Notes: generated by a model from the sequence alone, not told the origin. A stretch of 64,000 nucleotides of DNA from Bacteroidaceae bacterium (GCA_017645305.1 JAGCPD010000002.1:71104-135103); one strand, 5' to 3'; shown: positions 18,160-29,329, counted from the first letter of the stretch. Numbers and translations are program-made.

Positions 18160-19664
18160 ATCTGACCAATATCATACGCCCTATTTTTTCCTCACGATTA
18201 CGGAAATTAGACCGTTATGCCACACAAGCACAACAGCTACAGCTTAACGTGCTGAAACAAATGCTTACCAAAGCTTCCGACACGGAATGGGGACGCCAAC
18301 ATAACTACAGCAGCACATTAGGCTACGAGAAATTTGCACAGCAGACTCCCATAAACACCTACGAAGACCTGAAGGGGTACATAGAGGAGATGCGTCAAGG
18401 AAAAGCCGACCTTCTCTGGCCAGGGAGAATAAAATGGTATGCCAAATCAAGCGGCACAACAAACGACAAGAGCAAATTCATACCCGTAAGCAAAGATGCC
18501 CTTCATGATACCCATTACGCAGGAGGAACAGATTGCGTAACATGGTACCTGAGGAACAATTCCAAAAGCAGGCTCTTTGACGGGAAAGCACTGATTCTGG
18601 GTGGCAGCCATGCCCCCAATTACAACCAGAAAAACAGCCTGGTTGGAGACCTTAGTGCCATTCTCATAGAAAACATCAACCCGCTGGTAAATTTGATTCG
18701 AACGCCAAAGAAAGAAACGGCTCTTCTCAGCGATTTCGAGATAAAACGTGATCTCATTGCCAAAGAAGCCCTACGCCAGAATGTCACAAATCTGAGCGGT
18801 GTTCCGTCATGGATGATGTCGGTATTAAACAGAGTGTTAGAGATTTCCGGAGCCAGCAACCTTTGTGAAGTATGGCCTAATTTGGAAGTGTTCTTTCACG
18901 GAGGTGTCGCCTTTACCCCCTACAGGGAACAATATCAGCACCTTATCCCATCAGAAGGAATGCATTACATGGAGACATACAATGCGTCGGAAGGCTTTTT
19001 CGGATTACAGGACAATCCCACGGACCCAGCCATGAGCCTTATGATTGACTATGGCGTTTTCTACGAGTTCATCCCTATGGACGAGTTCGAAAACGAGCAT
19101 CCCAACGTAGTGCCATTATGGGATATTGAAGTAGGAAAGAACTACGCAATGGTTATCAGTACATCCAGCGGACTCTGGAGGTACCTGATTGGAGATACCA
19201 TAAGATTCACACAGAAGAACCCATACAAATTCATCATCACAGGCCGGACAAAATTCTTCATCAATGCATTTGGGGAAGAACTGATTGTTGACAATGCTGA
19301 GAAGGGGCTCTCGGAAGCATGTGCCCGAACAGGGGCTCAAGTGCTGGAATATACAGCAGCACCCATATTCATGGACGAACATGGGAAATGCCGGCATCAG
19401 TGGCTGATAGAATTTACCAAGGAGCCCCAAAACATAAATTCTTTCGCACGTATTTTAGACGAAGCACTACAGAAAATCAACTCCGACTACGAAGCCAAAC
19501 GGTACAAGGACATTACCCTGCAGCCTTTGGAAATCATCAAGGCCCGTAGCGGTGTTTTCAATGACTGGCTAAAACAGAAAGGAAAACTGGGCGGACAGCA
19601 CAAGGTTCCACGGCTAAGCAACAAACGCGAATACATAGAACAAATATTAGCATTAAACGAATGA
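18156..19664 (+). CDS. GH3 auxin-responsive-promoter family (acyl-adenylate forming) protein
   Basis: 502 aa with N-terminal wording typical of bacterial GH3-family proteins (..YAKSSGTTNDKSKFIPVS..). ATGA overlap with rnc. Confidence 0.75.
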   Translation: MNLTNIIRPIFSSRLRKLDRYATQAQQLQLNVLKQMLTKASDTEWGRQHNYSSTLGYEKFAQQTPINTYEDLKGYIEEMRQGKADLLWPGRIKWYAKSSGTTNDKSKFIPVSKDALHDTHYAGGTDCVTWYLRNNSKSRLFDGKALILGGSHAPNYNQKNSLVGDLSAILIENINPLVNLIRTPKKETALLSDFEIKRDLIAKEALRQNVTNLSGVPSWMMSVLNRVLEISGASNLCEVWPNLEVFFHGGVAFTPYREQYQHLIPSEGMHYMETYNASEGFFGLQDNPTDPAMSLMIDYGVFYEFIPMDEFENEHPNVVPLWDIEVGKNYAMVISTSSGLWRYLIGDTIRFTQKNPYKFIITGRTKFFINAFGEELIVDNAEKGLSEACARTGAQVLEYTAAPIFMDEHGKCRHQWLIEFTKEPQNINSFARILDEALQKINSDYEAKRYKDITLQPLEIIKARSGVFNDWLKQKGKLGGQHKVPRLSNKREYIEQILALNE

Positions 19665-21628
19665 AAGAGTGGAGACCGCTTTTGTATAGCATCCTGTCAA
19701 TTCTGGTGGTTGCATGCGCCAGTCTTGGAAGTCCCGACGGCGGAGAGTATGACGAGATTCCCCCTAAGGTGATTTCTGCGTCTCCCATGGAACGGGCCAC
19801 TGGTGTACAAACGAGAAAGGCACGTATCAATTTCGACGAGTATATCAAACTGGAAAATGCCAGCGAGAAAGTGATTGTTTCTCCACCACAGATTGAGCCT
19901 GCCAATATCAGAGCCGACGGCAAACATATCAAGATAGAGCTAAAAGATACCCTGAAGGAGAACACGACTTACACCATAGACTTCAGCGATGCCATTGAAG
20001 ACAACAATGAAGGAAATCCCATGGGTAACTACACCTACTCATTCAGCACGGGTGACGACATAGATACAATGGAAGTAGCCGGAACCGTATTAAATGCAGA
20101 GGATCTGGAACCCGTTAAAGGCATCTTGGTAGGACTGTATCCTGTCGATTCCAATCTTACGGACAGCATTTTAAAAACCATTCCTTTCAATCGGGTTTCC
20201 CGTACCAACGGATCGGGACGCTTTTCCATCAAAGGTGTAAAAAGGGGAAAATACAGAGTCTATGCACTGGACGACAAGGACGGGAATTTCATCTTCAGCC
20301 AGAAAAGCGAGAAGATTGCTTTTGACTCACTGGTATTTGAAACATCATGCAAACGGGATGTCAGGATGGATACCATCTGGCGTGATACCGTGCAGTATGA
20401 TTCCATTCGTGTAGTGCCTTATACACACTTCCTGCCGGATGACCTTGTCCTGCTCTCCTTCCTGGAAGACGGGCAAGACCAGCACCTCTTAAAGAAAGAA
20501 CGCACAGAACCAGAATTCTTCCGTTTATTCTTTACGGCACCTGCAGACACCCTGCCAACCATACGAGGCTTGAACTTCGATGAGAAATGTCTGCTTTGCG
20601 AGGCATCTGAACACAACGACACCCTTACCTATTGGATAACAGATACCACATACTACAGGCAGCAAGATACCCTTACCTTCGAAATATCATTCCTGGAGAC
20701 TGATACTACTGGCGTATTAAGCCCACACACAGAAACACTGGAACTTTTCCCCAAGAACACTTGGGAAAAGAAATGGAAAGAACAGAGCAAGAAGATTGAA
20801 GAGTGGAACAAGGAACGTGAAAAAAAGATAAGGAAAGCCAAGAAACCGCTGGCGTACGAGGAAAACCCATATCTCAAAACCTACCTTGATATATCGTGTA
20901 AGCCAACCGGCTCACTCGATCCTATTGAAAACCCACGTTTTACTGCCAAAGAGCCACTGGCAAGTGTAGATTCCACAAAAATACACTTTTACATTAAAGA
21001 GGATTCTGACTGGGTTCCACACCCCTACCTGTTCCTTCCCGACAAAAAAGACAAGAAAGTATATACCCTATATGCCGAGTGGGATTCCAAAAACACATAC
21101 AGGTTTGTCGCAGATTCTGCAGCATTTACCAGTGTCATGGGTAATTCTACCAAACCCCGTAAATATGAGTTTCGTGTAAAGGAGGACGAAGAGTTCGGAA
21201 GTATTTTCATACACGTAATAGCCAAAGACAGCAATATCATTGTTCAGCTACTGAACCATTCTGACAAGCCCGTAGCCACACAAAAGGCTGATAAAGACGG
21301 GCGGGCTGATTTTTTCTATATGAAGCCTGGCGATTACTACGTACGCTGTTTCATAGATTCCAACAACAACGGTGTCTGGGATACTGGTAATTACAGTGAG
21401 GGACGCAGACCTGAAGAAGTGTTCTATTTCCCGAAAAAGCTATCCCTAAAAGCAAATTGGGATTTGGAGCAGGAATGGGCTATCCGAAGTATTGCAAGAA
21501 ACCAGCAAAAACCGCAGGAAATTACGAAGCAGAAAGCAGATAAGCAAAAGAACATCAAGCAACGTAACCTGCAGCGCAAGATGGAGAAAAACAAAAATGA
21601 CAACTCTGCTTCGCAAAAGCACAACTAA
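19661..21628 (+). CDS. Ig-like domain lipoprotein with a K/Q-rich tail
   Basis: Lipoprotein signal ..LVVACASL. The N-terminal SbsA/Big_5-like wording is a weak call. ATGA overlap with the upstream gene. Confidence 0.55.
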   Translation: MKEWRPLLYSILSILVVACASLGSPDGGEYDEIPPKVISASPMERATGVQTRKARINFDEYIKLENASEKVIVSPPQIEPANIRADGKHIKIELKDTLKENTTYTIDFSDAIEDNNEGNPMGNYTYSFSTGDDIDTMEVAGTVLNAEDLEPVKGILVGLYPVDSNLTDSILKTIPFNRVSRTNGSGRFSIKGVKRGKYRVYALDDKDGNFIFSQKSEKIAFDSLVFETSCKRDVRMDTIWRDTVQYDSIRVVPYTHFLPDDLVLLSFLEDGQDQHLLKKERTEPEFFRLFFTAPADTLPTIRGLNFDEKCLLCEASEHNDTLTYWITDTTYYRQQDTLTFEISFLETDTTGVLSPHTETLELFPKNTWEKKWKEQSKKIEEWNKEREKKIRKAKKPLAYEENPYLKTYLDISCKPTGSLDPIENPRFTAKEPLASVDSTKIHFYIKEDSDWVPHPYLFLPDKKDKKVYTLYAEWDSKNTYRFVADSAAFTSVMGNSTKPRKYEFRVKEDEEFGSIFIHVIAKDSNIIVQLLNHSDKPVATQKADKDGRADFFYMKPGDYYVRCFIDSNNNGVWDTGNYSEGRRPEEVFYFPKKLSLKANWDLEQEWAIRSIARNQQKPQEITKQKADKQKNIKQRNLQRKMEKNKNDNSASQKHN

Positions 21629-21695
21629 AGCAAATTAAGTGCGTTAAGAAAGTAAAAAAAAAATCATCAGATTTCCCCATTTCAGAGGAAAGCCG

Positions 21696-21703
21696 TAACT
21701 TTG
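21696..21703 (+). promoter_or_regulatory. Candidate -7 box TAACTTTG upstream of pckA
   Basis: Matches TAnnTTTG, 86 nt upstream of the ATG. No clean TTTG -33 element was seen. Confidence 0.3.
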
Positions 21704-21789
21704 CACAGAAAAACAGGGCTATCCCCTGCTACAGGTAAAAAGCGATAAAAAGATAACAACAATTTATACATTAATAATCACTAATAAAA

Positions 21790-23403
21790 ATGGCAAAATT
21801 AGACTTGACACAGTATGGCATCACAGGCAGTACCGTGATTGCTCACAATCCATCGTATGAGTACCTCTTCACAGAGGAGACCAAGGCTGGCCTGACCGGT
21901 TTCGACAAGGGTCAGAACACCGAGTTGGACGCTGTTAACGTTATGACCGGTATCTACACCGGACGCTCACCCAAGGACAAGTACATCGTAAAGGATGCAC
22001 AGAGCCAGGATAAGGTTTGGTGGACAACAGAAGAATACAAGAATGACAACCACCCCATGAGCGAGGAGGTTTGGGCAAAGGTAAAAGAAATTGCTATCAA
22101 GGAGCTCTGCAACAAGGAGCTGTACGTTGTTGATGCTTTCTGCGGTGCCAACGAGGCTACACGTCTGGCTGTACGCTTCATCGTTGAGGTTGCCTGGCAG
22201 GCTCACTTCGTTAAGAACATGTTCATCCAGCCAACAGCTGAGGAATTGGAGAAGTTCGAGCCCAACTTCGTTATCTACAATGCCAGCAAGGCAAAGGTTG
22301 AGAACTACAAGGAACTGGGTCTGAACTCAGAGACTTGCGTAGCCTTCAACACCACAAGCCGTGAGCAGTGCATTATCAACACTTGGTACGGCGGTGAGAT
22401 GAAGAAGGGTATGTTCTCTATGCAAAACTACTATCTGCCTCTGCAGGGTATTGCTTCCATGCACTGTTCTGCCAACACCGATATGGAGGGTAAGAACACC
22501 GCAATCTTCTTCGGTCTGTCCGGTACTGGTAAGACCACTCTTTCTACAGACCCCAAGCGTCTGCTGATTGGTGACGACGAGCACGGATGGGACGATGAAG
22601 GCGTATTCAACCTGGAAGGTGGCTGCTACGCAAAGGTTATCAACCTGAGCAAGGAGAACGAGCCCGATATCTACGGTGCCATCAAGCGTAACGCTCTTCT
22701 TGAGAACGTAACTGTTGCTGCTGACGGCAAGATTGACTTCGCTGACAAGAGTGTGACCGAGAATACCCGCGTAAGCTATCCTATCGACCACATCGAGAAG
22801 ATTGCCCAGAAGGTAAACGGCAAGAGCGCTGGTCCTGACGCCAAAAACGTTATCTTCCTGAGTGCTGATGCCTTCGGCGTACTGCCTCCCGTATCTATCC
22901 TTACACCCGAGCAGACCAAGTACTACTTCCTCTCTGGTTTCACAGCTAAGTTGGCTGGTACAGAGCGTGGTATTACTGAGCCCACTCCCACCTTCTCTGC
23001 TTGCTTCGGCCAGGCATTCCTCGAGCTGCATCCCACAAAGTATGCCGAGGAGCTCGTCAAGAAGATGGAGAAGAGCGGTGCCAAGGCTTATCTGGTTAAC
23101 ACTGGTTGGAACGGAACAGGCAAGCGTATCTCAATTCCCGATACACGTGGTATCATCGACGCTATCCTCGACGGTAGCATCCTGAAGGCTCCCACAAAGA
23201 AGATTCCATTCTTCGACTTCGAGGTTCCCACAGCTCTGCCCAACGTAAATCCCGCTATCCTCGATCCTCGCGACACCTATGCTGAGGCCAGCATCTGGGA
23301 GGAGAAGGCTAAGGATTTGGCAGGCCGCTTCATCAAGAACTTCAAGAAGTACGAAGGCAACGAGGCTGGTAAGGCTCTCGTCGCTGCAGGTCCGAAGCTG
23401 TAA
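21790..23403 (+). CDS. pckA: Phosphoenolpyruvate carboxykinase (ATP)
   Basis: 537 aa with the kinase-1a motif [11 protein letters not shown] and overall PckA wording. Confidence 0.95.
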   Translation: MAKLDLTQYGITGSTVIAHNPSYEYLFTEETKAGLTGFDKGQNTELDAVNVMTGIYTGRSPKDKYIVKDAQSQDKVWWTTEEYKNDNHPMSEEVWAKVKEIAIKELCNKELYVVDAFCGANEATRLAVRFIVEVAWQAHFVKNMFIQPTAEELEKFEPNFVIYNASKAKVENYKELGLNSETCVAFNTTSREQCIINTWYGGEMKKGMFSMQNYYLPLQGIASMHCSANTDMEGKNTAIFFGLSGTGKTTLSTDPKRLLIGDDEHGWDDEGVFNLEGGCYAKVINLSKENEPDIYGAIKRNALLENVTVAADGKIDFADKSVTENTRVSYPIDHIEKIAQKVNGKSAGPDAKNVIFLSADAFGVLPPVSILTPEQTKYYFLSGFTAKLAGTERGITEPTPTFSACFGQAFLELHPTKYAEELVKKMEKSGAKAYLVNTGWNGTGKRISIPDTRGIIDAILDGSILKAPTKKIPFFDFEVPTALPNVNPAILDPRDTYAEASIWEEKAKDLAGRFIKNFKKYEGNEAGKALVAAGPKL

Positions 23404-23424
23404 AGTTCACAACAAAAACAATAG

Positions 23425-23459
23425 AAAAGGGTGCATCTCGACGAAAGATGCACCCTTTT
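23425..23459. terminator. Intrinsic terminator after pckA
   Basis: 14-bp stem AAAAGGGTGCATCT / AGATGCACCCTTTT with a 7-nt loop, followed by a T-rich tract. Confidence 0.7.
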
Positions 23460-23598
23460 CATTATTCTTTTGTACGCACATGCGTACGCGCAAAACCTTT
23501 GCCTTATTGGAAGAACGAGAAGTTGCCGGTGAAGAACCAGTTGAACGGACTCATGTTCGAGATACCCGCTGGCAAGGGTAGGAAACGGTTTTCCTTAA

Positions 23599-25734
23599 TC
23601 ACCAAAGGTCTTCCGGTTCCTCGGGATTGTCATAGACCTCCTTGGGACAGAGTTCTATGTAATCCATGTAAAGTTCCTTCTTGGCATTATCCAGCACACT
23701 CTTGAAGCGGACGTAATAAGTAAGATTGGGATCCATGGTGCCACGCCAGATGATACGTCGGGAACAGATAATGTTACCTCGTTCCCACTTGTAGGAATTA
23801 CTGGCTACCGACTGGGAAGCCTTCATAAAACCGTTGTTACGCATTTTTTTGTCTATCTCGGCATTATAATCCTGATCCTCAGTATCCGCTATGGTTGCCG
23901 ACTGTCCCCAAAGGTCTTGCACGCTCTTGGTCAGATCAACGGGGATTCCTGCTACCGGAAGGTTGCCAGGATCACTGCCCACATACATTTGTACCACTCC
24001 GCGTGCCGCTGTAGCCAGCACCTTATACCGCAGTTCGTATGTACTACGCTTGGGAACGGGCGGAAGGGTAAACATTACATCGTAACGTCCCAGCCACTTG
24101 TCTTCATCGCCATCATAATTCTCCCATGACACGTTGTAACCGTTGAAATGAATGAAATCCGTATCATCACTCATGATACTCATATTATTGAAATAACGGT
24201 AATACTTGTCGGCAGGAATATAGACGTGATTAAATTTGTCCTGAGCAGAATCGGCACGTCGGATGCCGTTTGTCATAGACTCAGGGAAAAGCGAGAAACA
24301 GTCAAAGCGTAACCGCTCCCTGCCCAGATTATTACGCGTCGCATTATTGTATGCCAAGGGAGCGTCTATAGGATAGATGACAGCATTCACCATGTCGCTA
24401 ACAACAGCGTCCTCGCTTTCCTTCTGCACCAGACAACCACGTTTGTCCTGGTCGCAAGAATTCTCGTGTCCGTCGCCTGTACGTTCCCTGTTAATGTTGG
24501 GGAAGCGGTTCAGGAAGACACCCTGGCTCTCCAAACTTTCGAAGATTTTTATCAACCTGCGCTTCCCCATTGTTGCATACCACTCCATAACAGGAATAGA
24601 AAGTTTCTTAGTTGAGCGCGAATAGCCTGTCTCGTTCCAATGATAGACCAGTTTGTTAGCTTCGATACGCATGGGTAGGACATGATAGGTGGTCCATTGG
24701 TTCAGAACATTATTGGGATTATGGTAATCGGCATCGGTAGTATATACATCGTCGGAAAGATACATACCATTATCCAGAACCCACTTCTGCATCAGTTCTG
24801 GCACATTGGGTGCATGTGGGTCAATACCCTGAGAACGCCAATAAGAATCCGGCTCGGCAAAGATGGTGAATCCATACTTACGATGCTCCGGAGCCAAAGC
24901 ATTAGAAGCGCTGTTACCGGAGGCATCTGAAAAGCCATGACTCATGTAAGCAGGCAAGTCAGGAATCTTGCCTGTCTGGTATAGCGTCTCATACACCTCA
25001 TCACGCAAGGCAGAAAGCGTATCAAACATGCCACAGGCCTCCAGGCATTTTGCCATTACCAGATACCCCTCCTGTTCATTTTCCATAAGAAGTCTGAAGT
25101 AACGGGCCGCCGTAACATCATCTGGAGCTATTACCTTGTGCATCTGATGGATAACGCCGTTTATGACCGGGATATCCAGGTTACGGATATCCATCGGACA
25201 GTCGCCGTTTAAATAGATGGTATCGTTCTTGGCATTTTTCTTGGTAACATTAATCTTATGGTCCAACATATTGGGCAAAGACAACTCGCCATTGTCGATG
25301 TCTGGGAATTTTGCCGTATAGAAAACCTGCTCCGAGAGGTCACCGCCATCTATCACACTGTTATGCACAATCACCTTGCGCAAAGAGTCCAACCTAATGC
25401 TGTCGGTAACGGCCTCCCATGATGGGTAAGGGATTATCTCCTCTGCCGCCAGTTTTTGCAGATAGCGTTCTATTGCTGCATTTGTAGGTGCAAATACGGT
25501 ATAATTGCCACGAGCCGTCAGCAACTGATACATCGTGGTCTGGCTCCTTCTGCTTACCTGAACCTGCTTCAGTAGCTCAACATACTGACTGTAATCGGCG
25601 TGCGACTCCAGATAACTGGCAATGGTATGTTCTTTAAACACATACTTCGAGGAAGTGTCTATGCTCTCTGAACAGGCGATAAGACACAGCAGAACGGCAA
25701 CAATCAATAGAGTGAATAATGGCTTTTTCATCAT
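23599..25734 (-). CDS. Fasciclin (FAS1) domain lipoprotein, function unknown
   Basis: Lipobox ..LLCLIACS. The FAS1-like motif TVFAPTNAAI is near the N-terminus. 711 aa. Confidence 0.6.
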   Translation of the reverse strand: MMKKPLFTLLIVAVLLCLIACSESIDTSSKYVFKEHTIASYLESHADYSQYVELLKQVQVSRRSQTTMYQLLTARGNYTVFAPTNAAIERYLQKLAAEEIIPYPSWEAVTDSIRLDSLRKVIVHNSVIDGGDLSEQVFYTAKFPDIDNGELSLPNMLDHKINVTKKNAKNDTIYLNGDCPMDIRNLDIPVINGVIHQMHKVIAPDDVTAARYFRLLMENEQEGYLVMAKCLEACGMFDTLSALRDEVYETLYQTGKIPDLPAYMSHGFSDASGNSASNALAPEHRKYGFTIFAEPDSYWRSQGIDPHAPNVPELMQKWVLDNGMYLSDDVYTTDADYHNPNNVLNQWTTYHVLPMRIEANKLVYHWNETGYSRSTKKLSIPVMEWYATMGKRRLIKIFESLESQGVFLNRFPNINRERTGDGHENSCDQDKRGCLVQKESEDAVVSDMVNAVIYPIDAPLAYNNATRNNLGRERLRFDCFSLFPESMTNGIRRADSAQDKFNHVYIPADKYYRYFNNMSIMSDDTDFIHFNGYNVSWENYDGDEDKWLGRYDVMFTLPPVPKRSTYELRYKVLATAARGVVQMYVGSDPGNLPVAGIPVDLTKSVQDLWGQSATIADTEDQDYNAEIDKKMRNNGFMKASQSVASNSYKWERGNIICSRRIIWRGTMDPNLTYYVRFKSVLDNAKKELYMDYIELCPKEVYDNPEEPEDLW

Positions 25735-25751
25735 ATAATGTTTGTATTTTG

Positions 25752-25887
25752 GGTTAGCGGTTAGCGGTTAGCGGAATTTAACGATAACGATAACGAAAAC
25801 TTTTTTCTTGGTTAGCGGTTAGCGGTTAGCGAACTTCTAAAGTCTAAAGTCTAATGCCTAAAGTCTAATGCCTAAAGTCTAATGCCT
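25752..25887. repeat. Mosaic array: (GGTTAGC)x3, AACGAT hexamers, (GGTTAGC)x3, (CTAAAGTCTAATGC)x3
   Basis: Read directly in the intergenic gap between 25734 and 25913. Confidence 0.95.
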
Positions 25888-25912
25888 GTAAAATTCTTTC
25901 ACTTTTCATTTT

Positions 25913-27403
25913 TCACTTCGGTCTTCCCGCCTCTTTCAACGACTGATCCAGGAACATCCGCGGAGTTATCTTTACCGGTTCCTTCATAAACTCGGGGCGG
26001 CTCCAACTGAACAATGACAGGCGGAAAAACTCCGGGTCTTGCTGCGGAACCAAGAAGGCTTTGTGTACCTTTCCCTTCCTGTCGAAGTATGCCAGATAGT
26101 CACGGGTGTAGTTGCCATCGTCGCGGCGGCTCTCAAAGAGAATCCATCTGTCGTTGCTCGAGAAAGAGGGATAGCTCTCTGCCCTGTCGCTGTTAATAGC
26201 CCTGGTATCCACCAACTGTCCCGTCTGCTGGTCCAGAATCTCAATCTGAGCCGTAGGATGCCAGATGTGGAAGAGACCGTGCGGACCTTCTGCAAAGAGC
26301 ACATAGCGATTGTCGCTGCTCACGCGCTGTTCCACAGCACTGCGGCTTTTGCTTACGGCATCATAGATGAGTTCCGGCTCTCCCAGCGTGCGGGTTTCCA
26401 TATCAAACGGAGCCCGGTACAGATTGTATTGCAACTCCTTGTAATGGTTCAGCGTCTCGTTCATGCCGTTGTTCATATCCTCAAACTCGTGACGGGCAGA
26501 ACAGAAGTACAGCCATTTGCCGTCGGGGCTCCACGAAGGAAAGAGTTCCAGTTCTATGCTGTCAGCCAAGACGGTCTGTATGGTATTCTTCTCTACATCG
26601 TAAAACACAATGTCGCTGGCCGACTCCATTACCTCAACCTTTGTAATGTCGCGTGTATGGAACGACTGTACAGTACGGTCGGTACTGAAAGCAATCAGCT
26701 TAAGGGTAGGATGCCACGAGGGATAGACGGCAGCAGAAATCATCTCGGGCGTTTTCAGGAGGACGTTCCTCAGCTTGCCGTCGGAAACTATCACGGTGGC
26801 ATCATGGCAGATGCGGATATGGAACATCATGTTATCCGTACGGTAGTTCTGATAGCTGTGGCAATTGATGCAAACGCCCTCACGTTCAGTACTAAGCTGA
26901 CGGGTATTAAAGATATCACTCTCCTTGAAGTTTTCCAGGCAACGCTGTCTGATGGCCAGATGTTCAAATCCGACGTATGTGGGAGCCAGAGCACGGTATG
27001 AGATATAGGGGTCGATGCTGTCGGCACTTACCTCAATGCCGAAAGACTTATACCTGCTCCACTTGTCCTGCTGTTTGCAATAGACATCCACCTGCATCTT
27101 CTTGCCCTTGGCAGAAGCCAAAAGCTCACGCCACTCATTTTCAGGGATTATCACTTTGTTTCCCTTGCCATAGTTATAGGCTACGTCACCTGCCTGAATG
27201 CGAGCTACCACCTTGTCAGCCTCCTCCACCATAAAGTTCAGGGGAGCTATGTTTATGGGTACGGTAACATCGGTATAGTCTGGATAAATATCGGGCAGAG
27301 TGCCCTCCTGCCTGTAATCCTGCGGCAACGAAGGATGCGTGCTGCACGCTGTCAGCAGCACCAGAACCAAAAAGAAAGAAAAAATATATTGTTTCATGTT
27401 CAA
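25913..27403 (-). CDS. Periplasmic/lipoprotein PD40 (TolB-like) beta-propeller protein with one CXXCH motif
   Basis: Lipobox LLTACS. PD40-like repeats are PSWSPDGKWLYF and PSFSSNDRWILFES. It has a single CINCH heme-binding-type motif. Confidence 0.55.
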   Translation of the reverse strand: MNMKQYIFSFFLVLVLLTACSTHPSLPQDYRQEGTLPDIYPDYTDVTVPINIAPLNFMVEEADKVVARIQAGDVAYNYGKGNKVIIPENEWRELLASAKGKKMQVDVYCKQQDKWSRYKSFGIEVSADSIDPYISYRALAPTYVGFEHLAIRQRCLENFKESDIFNTRQLSTEREGVCINCHSYQNYRTDNMMFHIRICHDATVIVSDGKLRNVLLKTPEMISAAVYPSWHPTLKLIAFSTDRTVQSFHTRDITKVEVMESASDIVFYDVEKNTIQTVLADSIELELFPSWSPDGKWLYFCSARHEFEDMNNGMNETLNHYKELQYNLYRAPFDMETRTLGEPELIYDAVSKSRSAVEQRVSSDNRYVLFAEGPHGLFHIWHPTAQIEILDQQTGQLVDTRAINSDRAESYPSFSSNDRWILFESRRDDGNYTRDYLAYFDRKGKVHKAFLVPQQDPEFFRLSLFSWSRPEFMKEPVKITPRMFLDQSLKEAGRPK

Positions 27404-27412
27404 TGCTCAATG

Positions 27413-29329
27413 TTAGTACGACTTTATCTCCTTCAGCACACAATAGTCCCACCAATAGGTATCGCCAAAGAGGGGCTGGAGCATGGCTCCTATCTGGTCG
27501 GCACTCATCCCGCTTTGGGCATATCCTTTAATCTGATTAATAAAAGCGTTGTATCGCTGTAGTATCTGTGGGTCTATGTGGTAAGCAGAAAGGTCCTCGG
27601 GGCCTGTCTTCAGTTCGTAATGGAAGAGCAGCATAGCCTCCTGAACATAACGTGGGAAAGGCTTGCCGGGGAACAAATTGTCATACTGCCATACCTGCGC
27701 CCAGAAGCAACGCGGGTCTTTGTCTTGCAAGCAATACGCCAAGGCAAGCTCCAGGATTTCGGGATTATCTGTAGCCGTATGCGCCAGCTTATGTATCAGC
27801 GTTGGCTCAACAAAATAATCGTCCGTTCCCACCATCGAAGAGCCTCCGTTGTACAGTCTCTTTACCAGTCCGAACCGGGGGCTTGACGCTATCCGTGTGG
27901 TATCGTCAAGGTAAGGCTGCAGCTCCCTTGCCCACTTTTTATGGAATGTAGAATGCTCCAGCAGAAGCTGGTATTTCCTGACCGCATCATACTCGCCGTT
28001 AACCAGCGCACAGCGGGCCAGCACACGCAGTGTATAATACGAGAAGCCGAAGTGCATACTGCGTTCTATAGCCCTGCGGATGCCGAAACACGTTTCTCCG
28101 AAGTTGTAGTAGATAAAGTCGCCTGTTGTATCGCACAGACGCACCACAACGGAATCGCTCATCATCGAGGGTTTGGCAGGACGATTGTTGTATTGGTAGC
28201 GGTTCAACAGCTCGCCCTTATTCATCAGGGCAATATCGCGGTACATCACCATCAGCCTCGAAGGGTTCTCTTTGGCCGCACGAGCCTCGTTCAGTACATC
28301 GTCCCATTGGCCCTCATCCACAGCACGCAGCATCCTGAACTCAGCATGATAGTTGCTGTCGTCACAATTCCGGGCACTGATTACGTTATAGGCACCCACG
28401 GCAACAGCCACCATCAGCAGTTGGCTTATCACCAACACTCTGGTTCCCACTTTCGCATCCTTCCTCCTGGTCAATAGCGGGAAGAGCATAGGCGAAAGGC
28501 AGGCTATCACGAACGGCAGTTCCAGTCCATAGTCGCGGACAGGACCTATCTCGAAACACTTCAACCCAAAGGTCCAGGGCTGTTCGGGACGCATCAGCGT
28601 CGAACCGCTGGTTTCCAAAAGAGGAACCACAGCACACACCAAAGCTGCCAACAGAATGTCCTGCCATCCCTTACGCCAGTTGTTACAGCACATACGTATG
28701 CCCACAAGGGCAGAGGCCACCAATGCATAGATGCCCAAGGGGTAATAGAAAAGTACTGCTACGGCAATAATCTGAACCTGCGGTCCATACCTCAGCCTGC
28801 TTGTATAATCGACAGACAGCAGCAGGGCTGACAACAGACCCAGACTATAGTAGAAACTGAAATCAATATCTCTCAGGAAATAAATCCAGTAGCCCAGCTG
28901 TACCACCGTGCAAAGCAAGGCCAGCAGGGGGACGAACAGCAGGAAGGTCCACTCTAACCGTACATGGAACGACCGCCATGCCACACAGAAGCACAGCATC
29001 CATAGCAGGATAAGCATTGCGGCTCCGCAGGCAGGATAATAGAAGTACTGCGTAAGGTACGAGCCGACCCACGAGAGGAATCCGCCCGGCATACGCATAC
29101 AGTCATGGAAATACACCATACTGTCGTTCCAGTAGCCCCGGTCCTGCATAAAGAACAGGGTATCGGCATTCTTCCCTACCAAAAACACCCATGCCAGCAC
29201 CACAAACGCCACACTATACAGAATAGGCAACAACCACAGGGGAAGTTTTATGTTCCTTCCCTTCTTATCTGCCACCTCAGCCTTTGGAGGCGGCACCATT
29301 CCACGCTTTTGTTTCGTTTTCTTGCTCAT
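27413..29329 (-). CDS. Polytopic membrane protein with a large C-terminal soluble domain (DUF6057-like, from memory)
   Basis: The ORF-track frame runs to 29362. I start at MSKKTKQKRG (ATG at 29329). About 10 hydrophobic segments are followed by ~300 aa of helical soluble sequence. It ends 9 nt upstream of the next gene's start. Confidence 0.5.
   Translation of the reverse strand: MSKKTKQKRGMVPPPKAEVADKKGRNIKLPLWLLPILYSVAFVVLAWVFLVGKNADTLFFMQDRGYWNDSMVYFHDCMRMPGGFLSWVGSYLTQYFYYPACGAAMLILLWMLCFCVAWRSFHVRLEWTFLLFVPLLALLCTVVQLGYWIYFLRDIDFSFYYSLGLLSALLLSVDYTSRLRYGPQVQIIAVAVLFYYPLGIYALVASALVGIRMCCNNWRKGWQDILLAALVCAVVPLLETSGSTLMRPEQPWTFGLKCFEIGPVRDYGLELPFVIACLSPMLFPLLTRRKDAKVGTRVLVISQLLMVAVAVGAYNVISARNCDDSNYHAEFRMLRAVDEGQWDDVLNEARAAKENPSRLMVMYRDIALMNKGELLNRYQYNNRPAKPSMMSDSVVVRLCDTTGDFIYYNFGETCFGIRRAIERSMHFGFSYYTLRVLARCALVNGEYDAVRKYQLLLEHSTFHKKWARELQPYLDDTTRIASSPRFGLVKRLYNGGSSMVGTDDYFVEPTLIHKLAHTATDNPEILELALAYCLQDKDPRCFWAQVWQYDNLFPGKPFPRYVQEAMLLFHYELKTGPEDLSAYHIDPQILQRYNAFINQIKGYAQSGMSADQIGAMLQPLFGDTYWWDYCVLKEIKSY

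Noticed and set aside
23503-23553. 16-codon minus-strand mini-ORF (MSPFNWFFTGNFSFFQ) downstream of the fasciclin gene.
   Set aside because: It has no RBS or promoter context and lies in a convergent terminator region, so it is probably chance.
26039-27001. 320-aa plus-strand ORF antisense to the PD40 gene. Similar cases are 22327-23031 in pckA, 44354-45229 in the AsnB-like gene, 36966-37571 and 38151-38813 in GH43, and 29745-30359 in the fucosidase.
   Set aside because: All lie fully within longer ORFs that carry recognisable motifs on the other strand. No independent signals were seen.
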